The translations under genes were made by a program, and so were the position numbers. The notes below the pieces were generated by a model. That model had not been told where the DNA came from. It did no database searches and worked only from the letters and a program-made list of their open reading frames with translations. Shown here piece after piece: positions 28,352 to 37,575 of a stretch of DNA of 64,000 nt; position 1 is the first letter of the stretch, and the number at the start of each line of letters is the position of its first letter. The stretch comes from Candidatus Dojkabacteria bacterium (lineage in GTDB: Bacteria; Patescibacteriota; Dojkabacteria; J137): NCBI GenBank assembly GCA_030834985.1, contig JAUQWV010000003.1, positions 64,656 to 128,655 of the forward strand, in the 5' to 3' direction.

Positions 28352-29296
28352 TTATTTTTCAGTAATATTGTTTCTATTCTGCATGAACCAGTCATACATT
28401 TTTTGAAGCCCTTCTTTAAGAGGAGTTTTTGCTTTCCAACCTAATTCATTTATTTTTGTAGTATCTAAATATCTTCGCGGCGTTCCATCTGGTTTTGAAG
28501 TATCAAATATCAATTCACCTTCAAATCCTGTAACCTCTTTCATTAATTCAGCCAATTCTTTTATTGTAGTTTCGTAACCAGGACCTATATTGATATGTTC
28601 AAGTTCATCATAATTTAACATAAGATATACTAAGCCTTCCGCCAAATCTTCAGAGAATAAAAAGTCTCGTGTTGGTTTACCAGTCCCCCACACTACTACC
28701 TCTCTCTCCTTTGCCGCTTTTGTTTCTGTAAATCTACGCAATAGCATTGGAATTACATGCGCATTTTGTTTATGGAAATTATCATTTGGTCCATATAAAT
28801 TTGCTGGCATTACAGAAATAAAGTTATCTCCATATTGCTCTTTATATTTCTTTGCCAGTATTAAACTAGAAATTTTAGCAATAGCATAAGCTTCGTTTGT
28901 ATACTCAAGAGGACCAGTAAGCAAAGACTGTTCTTTAATAGGGACTTCTGCTGCAACTGGATAAATACAAACACTTCCAAAGTTAAGGAGTTTTTTGACT
29001 TTTGTGTCGTGTGCTGATTTAAGAACATTAGTATTAATCATCTGATTTTCGTACAAAAAATCTGCAGGGTAGGTTTTGTTACCTACAATACCTCCTACTT
29101 TTGCTGCTAGATGAAAAACATACTCCGGGCGCTCTTTGTCAAAAAATTTTTTTGTTGCTTTAGGATCTAAAAGATCTAATTCTTTATGAGGTTTAGTTAT
29201 GATATTTTCATAACCTTGATTTTGAAGTTCTTTAACTAAGGCTGTACCTACTAATCCACTATGCCCTGATATGTAAATCTTTGAGGATTTATCCAT
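28352..29296 (-). CDS. fcl: GDP-L-fucose synthase (GDP-4-keto-6-deoxy-D-mannose 3,5-epimerase/4-reductase)
   Basis: IYISGHSGLVGTALVKEL... and the YxxxK SDR catalytic region are present. Length is 314 aa and the gene sits next to gmd. Confidence 0.85.
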   Translation of the reverse strand: MDKSSKIYISGHSGLVGTALVKELQNQGYENIITKPHKELDLLDPKATKKFFDKERPEYVFHLAAKVGGIVGNKTYPADFLYENQMINTNVLKSAHDTKVKKLLNFGSVCIYPVAAEVPIKEQSLLTGPLEYTNEAYAIAKISSLILAKKYKEQYGDNFISVMPANLYGPNDNFHKQNAHVIPMLLRRFTETKAAKEREVVVWGTGKPTRDFLFSEDLAEGLVYLMLNYDELEHINIGPGYETTIKELAELMKEVTGFEGELIFDTSKPDGTPRRYLDTTKINELGWKAKTPLKEGLQKMYDWFMQNRNNITEK

Positions 29297-29302
29297 AATA
29301 AT

Positions 29303-30067
29303 CTACCTTTTAAATTTATTAGTTAAATTATTTACACGAGTTTTTAATAGAGAGATTATACCTGGTTTTACTGGACCATATATTTTCTTGTAAAATATTA
29401 CCTGTATTAATCTTGCTGGGCCCATTTGAATTATGGAACTATCGACATCTGTAGAATTCGCAAATGCTTTTGTAATATTCATACTAAACCCTTCTCTATT
29501 CCAAATTACAAAATCTTTCTTTTTAATTGTAAAGTTCCATTGGTGCATCCCCCAGTACCCTTCATTAACCCCTTCATTTTCCTCATGAAGCAAAATCACT
29601 GCTCCACCCTTTCTAACAATAGAAAGCATCTGAGAGATACCTTCTATCGGATTATAGCTATGATCTAAAGCATTTCTATTATGTACAATATCAAAAGAAT
29701 CTAATTCAAATTTATTCAGTAGCTCTTCAGAATCACATAGTTCTGTAATAATAGGTGGGATTATATTATATTTAACATAAAGATCTGAATATAAATCGCC
29801 TAATGCATCAACTGCCGATAGCTTAATTTCAAAGTCTTTGCTTACTTTACCTAAACAAGTAGCGGGTCCTGCACCTGTATCCAGAATTTTCAGTATCTTT
29901 TCATTATTTATTTTTTTTGCAAGTTCTATTATATAAGAATCCATCTGTACCTCAGGGTCCATTCTTCTCTCAAAATCTTTAGGATATTGCGCAGATTTTG
30001 TTGCAAACCAATCCTCCCAGAAAGCAAGCTCATCTTGTTTAGAATCAATCCAGATTTTTGGTTTCAT
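29303..30067 (-). CDS. Class I SAM-dependent methyltransferase
   Basis: ILDTGAGPATCLG motif I and a downstream acidic motif II. The gene lies between fcl and gmd. Confidence 0.6.
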   Translation of the reverse strand: MKPKIWIDSKQDELAFWEDWFATKSAQYPKDFERRMDPEVQMDSYIIELAKKINNEKILKILDTGAGPATCLGKVSKDFEIKLSAVDALGDLYSDLYVKYNIIPPIITELCDSEELLNKFELDSFDIVHNRNALDHSYNPIEGISQMLSIVRKGGAVILLHEENEGVNEGYWGMHQWNFTIKKKDFVIWNREGFSMNITKAFANSTDVDSSIIQMGPARLIQVIFYKKIYGPVKPGIISLLKTRVNNLTNKFKR

Positions 30068-30076
30068 AACTTATGG

Positions 30077-31120
30077 TTAATAATTATAGCTATGATTTTT
30101 TTCGTTCTCTAAATCAAATGCAACCATCTCTTTTACTAAACTTTGAAATGTATATTTAGGCTCCCAACCTAAAATTGTTTTTGCTTTAGTTGGATCTCCA
30201 AGTAAAAGATCAACTTCAGCTGGTCTAAAATATTTCGGATCAACTTTAATTATTTCCTTTCCTGTCTTTTTATCAATTCCAATTTCATCTACTCCTTGTC
30301 CTTTCCATTCAATTTCCATATTAAGCTCTTTAGCTGCAAGTTCAATAAACTCTCTTACAGAATGAGTTTCGCCAGTTGCGACAACAAAATCATCTCCTTT
30401 TGGCTGTTGTAAAATCATCCACATCATTTCTACATAGTCTTTAGCATGTCCCCAATCTCTTTTAGAATCAAGATTTCCCATATACAGTGCCTCTTGATTA
30501 CCTAACTTAATATTTGCTAATCCTCTAGTGATTTTTCTAGTTACAAATGTTCTACCTCGTCTTGGCGACTCATGATTAAACAAAATACCATTACTTAAAT
30601 GTAAGTCGTAACTTTCTCTATAATTTACAGTAATCCAGTAACCATAAAGTTTTGCCACTCCATATGGTGATCTTGGATAAAAAGGAGTAGTTTCTTTTTG
30701 TGGTATTTCAACAACTTTGCCAAACATCTCTGAACTACTTGCTTGATAAAAATGAGCATTTGGAGCATAGTTTCTAATGGCTTCTAAAACTCTTAAAACG
30801 CCAAGTCCAGTAACATTTCCAGTATATTCTGGGATATCAAAACTTACTTTTACATGACTCATTGCACCAAGGTTATATACTTCATCTGGGATAATTTCTC
30901 TAATTAATTTATCCGTTACAGAGGTATCTGATAAATCACCATAATGTAAAATTAAATTCGGATGGTTATGCTGGTCTTCATAAAGATTATCTATTCTATT
31001 AGTATTGAAGTTAGAAGCTCTTCGTATTATCCCATGTACTTCATATCCTTTTTCTAAAAGAAGCTCTGCCAAATAACTTCCATCTTGACCAGTAATACCT
31101 GTAATTAAAGCTTTTTTCAT
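30077..31120 (-). CDS. gmd: GDP-mannose 4,6-dehydratase
   Basis: [34 protein letters not shown] is the canonical Gmd N terminus. Length 347 aa. Confidence 0.9.
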   Translation of the reverse strand: MKKALITGITGQDGSYLAELLLEKGYEVHGIIRRASNFNTNRIDNLYEDQHNHPNLILHYGDLSDTSVTDKLIREIIPDEVYNLGAMSHVKVSFDIPEYTGNVTGLGVLRVLEAIRNYAPNAHFYQASSSEMFGKVVEIPQKETTPFYPRSPYGVAKLYGYWITVNYRESYDLHLSNGILFNHESPRRGRTFVTRKITRGLANIKLGNQEALYMGNLDSKRDWGHAKDYVEMMWMILQQPKGDDFVVATGETHSVREFIELAAKELNMEIEWKGQGVDEIGIDKKTGKEIIKVDPKYFRPAEVDLLLGDPTKAKTILGWEPKYTFQSLVKEMVAFDLENEKNHSYNY

Positions 31121-31190
31121 GAGAATAATTAAAATCTAAATTGATTGCCCTTGCATTATATAGCAAGTGGTACTTTAAACAAAATTGTTG

Positions 31191-31940
31191 TTATAAGGTT
31201 TGCATAACATCAGCTTCATACTGGCCTGTTACAGTTTCCGGATCTCCAATCATTTCTACTTTATGATCCTTAATGTATATGACCCTATCTGAAAGCTCTT
31301 TAATCTTATTTATGGATTGGGTTACATATATTACAGTTGCACCTCTGTCTATTAGCTCTAACATTTTTGCTTCACTCTTTTTTTGAAACGCAATATCACC
31401 TACAGATAAAACTTCGTCCAACAAATAGATATCAGCTTTAGTTTGTACTGCAATACTGAAAGCTAAGCGGATCGTCATACCGCTAGAGTAATTCTTAACA
31501 GGAACATCAATAAAATCCCTCAATTCAGCAAACTCTATTATGCCATCTAACCTCTCTTCTAAGAACTTCCTTGTCATTCCAAGAATTGTGCCATTTAAAA
31601 AAATATTCTCCCGCCCAGTTAGTTCTGGGTTAAAACCTACTCCTAATTCTAGAAAAGGAATTAACCGGCCTAGGTAGTCGATTTTTCCGCCTTTATCGGG
31701 ATCGTATATACCTGCAATTAGTTTTAATAGCGTACTCTTACCACTACCATTTCGCCCTATAAGCCCAATAAATTCACCTTTGTAAACTTCAAAGTTTATA
31801 TCTTCTAATGCTTTAAACTGTCTTGTTTTGCCTTGATGAAAGAATGATGCAAATAAAGCTTTAAGTGTAAATTTTGCATCCTCATGAATGTAAAAAGTTT
31901 TTGAAACATTTTGTACTTTTATTGCTACTTCTTTATCCAT
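31191..31940 (-). CDS. Polysaccharide/teichoic-acid ABC exporter ATP-binding protein (short Wzt/TagH-like, no C-terminal domain)
   Basis: Walker A GRNGSGKST and LLDE Walker B are present. Length is 249 aa. It pairs with the upstream permease. Confidence 0.8.
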   Translation of the reverse strand: MDKEVAIKVQNVSKTFYIHEDAKFTLKALFASFFHQGKTRQFKALEDINFEVYKGEFIGLIGRNGSGKSTLLKLIAGIYDPDKGGKIDYLGRLIPFLELGVGFNPELTGRENIFLNGTILGMTRKFLEERLDGIIEFAELRDFIDVPVKNYSSGMTIRLAFSIAVQTKADIYLLDEVLSVGDIAFQKKSEAKMLELIDRGATVIYVTQSINKIKELSDRVIYIKDHKVEMIGDPETVTGQYEADVMQTL

Positions 31941-31943
31941 ATA

Positions 31944-32726
31944 TTAAAAATGCTCTGCTACTTTTTTTACTGATTTATTAAAGTATCTCCAACCAATTAA
32001 AAAAATTATAAAACTGATAATAAAGTAGATAATCATTAAGCTTATATTTTTAGTTCCGTATATATCAAACGCCGCTCTACCCTGATTTATTACAATTCCT
32101 AGTGGATTTGCTGCAATATAATCAGACGTTCTACCACTAAACAGATTACTACTTACAGCATAGAATACTGGAGTTACCCATTGTAAAAGGATTATGCCTA
32201 ATTCAAAAATATTTTTTAAATCTCGAAACCGTATACTAATCACACTTGTAAAGAAAGAAACTCCCATTGCAAATAAAAATATTATCCCTACAATAAAAAT
32301 AAAATATAAAACACTGCCATAAGTAAATTGAACACCAGAAATTACTGCAATTACTATAAAAAATATTAGATTGATACCTAGATTAATTAAACCGCTTAGC
32401 ATTGTGCTTAAGACAACTATCTGACGAGGAAAATTAACTTTTAGAATTATATGGGCATTATCTAGTAAAGACATTTGGCCTAGCAATATAAGTTCATTGA
32501 AATAGGAAAACAATATAATTCCAGAAAGAAGATAAAGCTGATAATTAGGTATATCTACATTTACAATTCTAGTCCATACAACATACATAACTGCAAATGT
32601 TGCATATGGTTTTATTAATACCCACAAAACTCCAAGTACTGAATTTTGGTAACGCATTTTAAAATTAGTTTTAACCAACTCTATTAATAGATCAAACCTA
32701 TGTCTTTTAGTAAGGATGCTGAACAT
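31944..32726 (-). CDS. ABC-2 type exporter permease (second Wzm-like)
   Basis: 260 aa with 6 TM helices. Only 3 nt separate it from the ATPase gene. Confidence 0.7.
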   Translation of the reverse strand: MFSILTKRHRFDLLIELVKTNFKMRYQNSVLGVLWVLIKPYATFAVMYVVWTRIVNVDIPNYQLYLLSGIILFSYFNELILLGQMSLLDNAHIILKVNFPRQIVVLSTMLSGLINLGINLIFFIVIAVISGVQFTYGSVLYFIFIVGIIFLFAMGVSFFTSVISIRFRDLKNIFELGIILLQWVTPVFYAVSSNLFSGRTSDYIAANPLGIVINQGRAAFDIYGTKNISLMIIYFIISFIIFLIGWRYFNKSVKKVAEHF

Positions 32727-32776
32727 ATTAATAATATTTTAACTCATAACAGAATTCTAAGGTAAAATTAATTCAT

Positions 32777-33781
32777 ATGAAGATTATTGTTACAGGTGGG
32801 GCGGGCTACATTGGCTCTCATATGGTTTTATTATTAATTCAAAACGGTCATATACCTATTGTGATTGATAACTTTATTAATAGTAATGAATATAACCTCA
32901 ATAAAATAAAAGAGGTTACAGGTAAAGATTTCATTATTTACAAGAAAGATGTTCTAGAAGACCTAAGTGACATTGACACTAATGGTGTAAATGGAATAAT
33001 GCATTTTGCAGCTTTAAAGGCTGTAGGAGAATCAGTAGAAAAACCTGCAGAATACTATAAGAACAATGTAGCCGGCACAATTAATGTAGTTAACTTTGCA
33101 TTATCAAAAGGAATTAAAAACTTTATTTTTTCTTCAACTGCTGCAGTATATAGTGAGAAGGTAGAACCGCCTTTTAATGAAGAATCATCGGTTTATCCTG
33201 CTAATCCTTATGGATGGACTAAATATTTTTCTGAGCGTGTTCTACAAGATACTGCTCAGACAGGAAAACTTAACAGCGTAGCTTTAAGATACTTTAATGT
33301 GGCTGGAAATCAGGAAGATGGATTAATCGGTGAAATCGCTAAAGACCCTAAAAATTTAATCCCGTCTATTATAGTGTCGCATTTAGGTTATAGGCCTACT
33401 AATCTAAAAATATTTGGTAATGATTATCCAACACGAGATGGTACAGCAATTAGAGACTATATTCATGTATTAGATTTGTGTGAAGCTCATTTAAAAGCAC
33501 TAGAATATCTACAAACTCATTCCGGGCATTTTACCTTTAATCTAGGCTCTGAAAATGGGGCTACTATATTAGAAGTTTTAAAAACATTTGAAAAAGTTAC
33601 AAACACTAAACTTAATTACGAAATTGTTGATAGACGATCAGGCGATATTGCTGTATCTATCGCGAATCCAAACGAAGCAAAAAAAGTTTTAGGTTGGCAG
33701 TCAAAAAGAGATTTAAAACAAATGCTTGATTCAAGCTGGAAATGGTATAAATCTGGATTTAGAGAAGCAAATAATCTATAG
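32777..33781 (+). CDS. galE: UDP-glucose 4-epimerase
   Basis: MKIIVTGGAGYIGSH, a YxxxK motif and a length of 334 aa fit GalE. Confidence 0.85.
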   Translation: MKIIVTGGAGYIGSHMVLLLIQNGHIPIVIDNFINSNEYNLNKIKEVTGKDFIIYKKDVLEDLSDIDTNGVNGIMHFAALKAVGESVEKPAEYYKNNVAGTINVVNFALSKGIKNFIFSSTAAVYSEKVEPPFNEESSVYPANPYGWTKYFSERVLQDTAQTGKLNSVALRYFNVAGNQEDGLIGEIAKDPKNLIPSIIVSHLGYRPTNLKIFGNDYPTRDGTAIRDYIHVLDLCEAHLKALEYLQTHSGHFTFNLGSENGATILEVLKTFEKVTNTKLNYEIVDRRSGDIAVSIANPNEAKKVLGWQSKRDLKQMLDSSWKWYKSGFREANNL

Positions 33782-33788
33782 TACGAAT

Positions 33789-35135
33789 ATGAATACAAAG
33801 ATATTCAAAAATCGTACTGAATTTCTTTTCTTCTTTGCTTTATTGATTGTTGCGGCTATTGGCAGCGCTTCTGTTTATTTATTTAAATTGAACGGTCCTC
33901 CCATAAGATCAGATGGACTAGGGTACTATGTCTATTTACCTTCTGTTTTTATCTATAACGATATTTCTTTAAACAAATTCGTTGAAGCATATTCTGCCGA
34001 TTATGGTGATGAAATTCAAGATACCTGGAACGGTGCTACTAAGTATCAAGATACCGGAAAATATTTAAATAAATATCCAGTCGGTGTAGCAGTAATGGCA
34101 TTTCCTTTTTTTATAATTGCTCATATTACAACTATATTTATAAATAATTTTGTTTATTTTCCGCCTGACGGATTTTCTTCTAATCTATATCAGGCAATGC
34201 AGTCTATTTCAGGAACAATTTACGCCCTACTTGGTTTATTTATATTAAAAAGGATATTAGACCGATATTTCAAACCGACTATAGTTTACTTTTCTTTGAT
34301 TATTCTTACCTTTGGTACAAATCTATTTCACTACTTTACTTATGACGCCGGGTTTAGTCATACATATTCATTACTTTTAATATCGCTCTTTTTATTTTTA
34401 ACAATCAGATGGCATAATAATCCTTCTAAACTAAATTCTATTCTTATCGGCTTAACAACAGGCTTAATTACAATTGTACGACCTACAAATTTATTAATAG
34501 TACTTTTCTTTTTACTTTGGGAGTTTGAACTTGGTTCTATACGCGCCAAATTAAAAGAAAAATGGAATTTATTTATTAAAAATTATAAAAATATCCTGCT
34601 TATTATTATCTCTGGATTAATAGTAGTTAGCATTCAACTTTTATACTGGTATGCAATAACGGGAAAATTTATTGTCTATTCTTATGGAGAAGAAGGCTTT
34701 AATCTTACAAAGCCAGAAGTTTTAAATGTATTGTTCAGTATTCGTAAAGGTTTATTCTTCTGGGCACCAGCATTGCTCTTAATAATTCCTGGTTTCTATT
34801 TAATGTATAAAAAACTCAAAAAATTCTTTATAGCAAGCGTGGTATTTTTACTTATATATTTATGGATAGCTTCTAGCTGGTGGCACTGGCCGTACGGCGG
34901 TGGCTTTGGTATGAGAGCTTTAATTGATACATTTCCGATTTTAATATTCCCTTTAGCACTGACTTTTGAACGAATAGTAAATATCAGAAGTAAATTCTGG
35001 CGTCATTTTGTGTATGCAGTAATCTTTTTATTATGCGTCTTTACAACTTACATGATGATTCAATACTGGCGAGGACTTATACCTCCGGATGGTACAGATT
35101 GGAATGTCCTTACTAATGCTTTGGAGTTTATTTAA
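33789..35135 (+). CDS. GT-C-like polytopic membrane glycosyltransferase (paralog of 13321..14691)
   Basis: The listed ORF starts at 33726 and would overlap galE. The likely start is the ATG at 33789 (MNTKIFKNRTEF). The shared loop motif PIRSDGLGYYVYLPS and at least 10 TM helices are present. Confidence 0.5.
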   Translation: MNTKIFKNRTEFLFFFALLIVAAIGSASVYLFKLNGPPIRSDGLGYYVYLPSVFIYNDISLNKFVEAYSADYGDEIQDTWNGATKYQDTGKYLNKYPVGVAVMAFPFFIIAHITTIFINNFVYFPPDGFSSNLYQAMQSISGTIYALLGLFILKRILDRYFKPTIVYFSLIILTFGTNLFHYFTYDAGFSHTYSLLLISLFLFLTIRWHNNPSKLNSILIGLTTGLITIVRPTNLLIVLFFLLWEFELGSIRAKLKEKWNLFIKNYKNILLIIISGLIVVSIQLLYWYAITGKFIVYSYGEEGFNLTKPEVLNVLFSIRKGLFFWAPALLLIIPGFYLMYKKLKKFFIASVVFLLIYLWIASSWWHWPYGGGFGMRALIDTFPILIFPLALTFERIVNIRSKFWRHFVYAVIFLLCVFTTYMMIQYWRGLIPPDGTDWNVLTNALEFI

Positions 35136-35170
35136 AATTCTTATTCAAGAAAATGAGGACTAGCTATCTC

Positions 35171-35584
35171 CTAAGTAGGTAATTTCATTTGGTCACCATT
35201 TTCATTTGCGTCTGTAGTATCCGTTTGATCAATATCAACTGATTTAATAATATGAGCTTCGTGTATATCATATCCATTGACTCTATCCTCTTTGAGAACG
35301 GTTCCAGATTTAAACTGGCTGAATTGTTTAGTCACATAGTCCGTTTTAGTAAATAAACCAACTCGGGCAATATTTACGGCATCTTCTGTGAATACTTTAA
35401 CTAGTAGATTTAGAATCTCACGAAATTGACTCTTTTGAATCTCTTTATCAGCCGAAACCCAATCAGCAGATATAATAACAGACCAGGAATCTACAAAATT
35501 ATCCATTCTCGATACAACATAGAGAATTACTGGGCCATTCATTTGTTCAATTTGTTCTAACAATAGTTTGAATTTTTCTACCAT
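35171..35584 (-). CDS. Hypothetical 137-aa protein, translationally coupled partner of the HEPN-like protein
   Basis: Overlaps the upstream gene by 7 nt. Acidic C-terminal tail. No recognisable motif (no GS...D.D nucleotidyltransferase signature). Confidence 0.4.
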   Translation of the reverse strand: MVEKFKLLLEQIEQMNGPVILYVVSRMDNFVDSWSVIISADWVSADKEIQKSQFREILNLLVKVFTEDAVNIARVGLFTKTDYVTKQFSQFKSGTVLKEDRVNGYDIHEAHIIKSVDIDQTDTTDANENGDQMKLPT

Positions 35585-36033
35585 CTTTTTTTTATAACTC
35601 TTAGAACTCCAGTCTGTGGATCGGTTAAATTATTATATAATGACTTGACTTTTGTTTCATCCCAGACCCTAGGAGCAGTGCTGCTGCTTGGGATTTGATA
35701 TCTCATAGATACCCAATTATCAGGATACTCACTAATAAAAGCTGACCAACTATTAAATTCATCTGCATTACCAGAAGGAGAAAATATTTTATTCAACCCC
35801 GCTAACACTTTTAACTCAACAAATTCATGAGTTTTAAAATGTTTCTTTTCTGGATATGATGAAAGTTGTAATTTATTGCATATTAAAGCTTTTAGCGCAC
35901 ATTCTAACGCATGACCTAACATATATGCAGCTGCTTCCCAATCCTCCGCCCGCATTAAAATCTTTGCAGACTTCAGATGCGCATTACAACTTTTCTTAAA
36001 TGAGTCACGATCAGGCATTGACTTATACGTCAA
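35578..36033 (-). CDS. HEPN-like domain protein
   Basis: LKSAKILMRAEDWEAAAYMLGHALECALKALICNKL resembles the HEPN helix-pair consensus (ll.A...W.aA.y.a.QAvEkaLKAll). A canonical Rx4-6H motif is not evident. Length 151 aa. Confidence 0.45.
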   Translation of the reverse strand: MTYKSMPDRDSFKKSCNAHLKSAKILMRAEDWEAAAYMLGHALECALKALICNKLQLSSYPEKKHFKTHEFVELKVLAGLNKIFSPSGNADEFNSWSAFISEYPDNWVSMRYQIPSSSTAPRVWDETKVKSLYNNLTDPQTGVLRVIKKRW

Positions 36034-36107
36034 TTAATTATTGGCGAATTATATCATGTGATTAACAGACTCCATCTGATTTACTAGAAATATATAAAAA
36101 TAGCCAA

Positions 36108-37424
36108 TTATAGCTTTAATTCCATCTGCTCTCCGCTTTTCATATCCTTAAGAATATACTTACCTTCTGCCAGCTCATTTTCGCCCAGAATCACTACGTA
36201 ATCAGCTTGAATTTTATTAGCATAATCTAGAGCTTTTCCAAGTTTTTGAGGCTCTAATCCCACCTTTACAATATTCTTTTCTCCCTGCCTTAAAATACTT
36301 GCTAAATTAAGCACTTTATTGGACAAGTTTTCTTGCAAAATCGGTACATAATAGGTCTTAAAATCTTCTTGGTCTATATTTAAAAGACCATATTCCTCTA
36401 AAAATATCTTTGTAGTTTCATCTCCCGGAGCAAAACCTACTGCAGGAAAAGACTGCCCGCCAAAGATACTAGCTAACCCATTGTATCTGCCACCGCCGAA
36501 TAATGATCTAAAAGATTCACTAGTTTTAAGTTGTCCTTTTCGTTTTAAATAATCCTTTTTATCAAAAACTTCAAAGACCATACCATCGTAGTAATCAAAG
36601 CCTCGCACCATGGATGGATTATATTTTGTATATTCTCTTAAACCTAAGCCTTCTAGTTTGCTGTCAATTAACATAGCAGGTTTTACATTTTCAGTGTCTT
36701 TAAAATATGTGGCATAAACTTCTGCAACAGCTGCTTCTTCTAAATTTAAAAAGTCTATTAAAAATGATGGATTATCGATTTTGGCACCTACTTCCTGCCT
36801 TAATCTAATAATAAATTCATCATTATTTATTTTGCCAAATTTATCTAGAATTCTTGTTGCTTCAGATATTTTAGATTTATCTACTTTTAAAAAGTCTGTG
36901 ACAAGCGATTCGATTAATCGGCGATCATTGTAATAAACAATAAATTGATCTTTAGTTGCCCCAAATTCTCGCATAATCTCAATTGCTAGCTGCAGAATTT
37001 CTATATCAGCATTAATCGAATCGCTGCCAAAAATATCGCAGTTAAGCTGCCAGAATTCACGGTTCCTACCTTTTTGAGGTTTTTCATTTCTTAAAAAGTT
37101 AGCAATAGAAAAAAGCCTTATTGGCTTAGGGGAGCTTTCGTATATTTTACTAACCATTCTTGTTACAGATGGTGTCATTTCGGGCCTTATAGCTAATTCA
37201 CGGCCTGCTCTGTCTACCATAGTCATTAACTCTTTACCACCTACATCCTCCCCTGATTTTGCCCTATAAACATCTGCACTTTCTATTATAGGTGTTAGAT
37301 ATTCTTCGTATCCAAAGCTTAGGCAGACCTTTCGCCAAGTATCGAATATATATTTTCTTTTTGCATACTCCAAAGGAAGCCAATCACTTGTACCTTTTGG
37401 AGGCTGATTTGATATTTGATTCAT
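36108..37424 (-). CDS. hisS: Histidyl-tRNA synthetase
   Basis: Class II aaRS motifs are present (…GGGRYNGLASIFGG…). An N-terminal HisRS catalytic domain and a C-terminal anticodon-binding domain are present. Length 438 aa. Confidence 0.9.
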   Translation of the reverse strand: MNQISNQPPKGTSDWLPLEYAKRKYIFDTWRKVCLSFGYEEYLTPIIESADVYRAKSGEDVGGKELMTMVDRAGRELAIRPEMTPSVTRMVSKIYESSPKPIRLFSIANFLRNEKPQKGRNREFWQLNCDIFGSDSINADIEILQLAIEIMREFGATKDQFIVYYNDRRLIESLVTDFLKVDKSKISEATRILDKFGKINNDEFIIRLRQEVGAKIDNPSFLIDFLNLEEAAVAEVYATYFKDTENVKPAMLIDSKLEGLGLREYTKYNPSMVRGFDYYDGMVFEVFDKKDYLKRKGQLKTSESFRSLFGGGRYNGLASIFGGQSFPAVGFAPGDETTKIFLEEYGLLNIDQEDFKTYYVPILQENLSNKVLNLASILRQGEKNIVKVGLEPQKLGKALDYANKIQADYVVILGENELAEGKYILKDMKSGEQMELKL

Positions 37425-37453
37425 AAAATAATTTTAACAGAATTAAGACAAAG

Positions 37454-37513
37454 AAAACCCTCCGATATGGAGGGCGTAAAATTCATATAGAAATATACCC
37501 TCCTTATGGAAGG
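37454..37513 (-). terminator. Tandem GC hairpins (CCCTCC-GATAT-GGAGGG, then CCCTCC-TTAT-GGAAGG) between the rsmB-like stop and the hisS start; the hisS-proximal one is followed by a T-tract on the minus strand
   Basis: The inverted repeats are seen directly. The minus-strand reading is CCCTCCATATCGGAGGGTTTTCTTTGTCTT. Confidence 0.45.
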
Positions 37514-37575
37514 TGATGGTGGTTTGTTGTATAACCTAATCCCTTAGTACTCATATGCCTTATTATATCATAGGA

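Noticed and set aside
33726-33788. Listed start of the GT-C paralog at 33726, overlapping galE
   Set aside because: The first ATG after the galE stop (33789, MNTKIFK...) precedes the first TM helix. The listed upstream part is translated from within galE in another frame.
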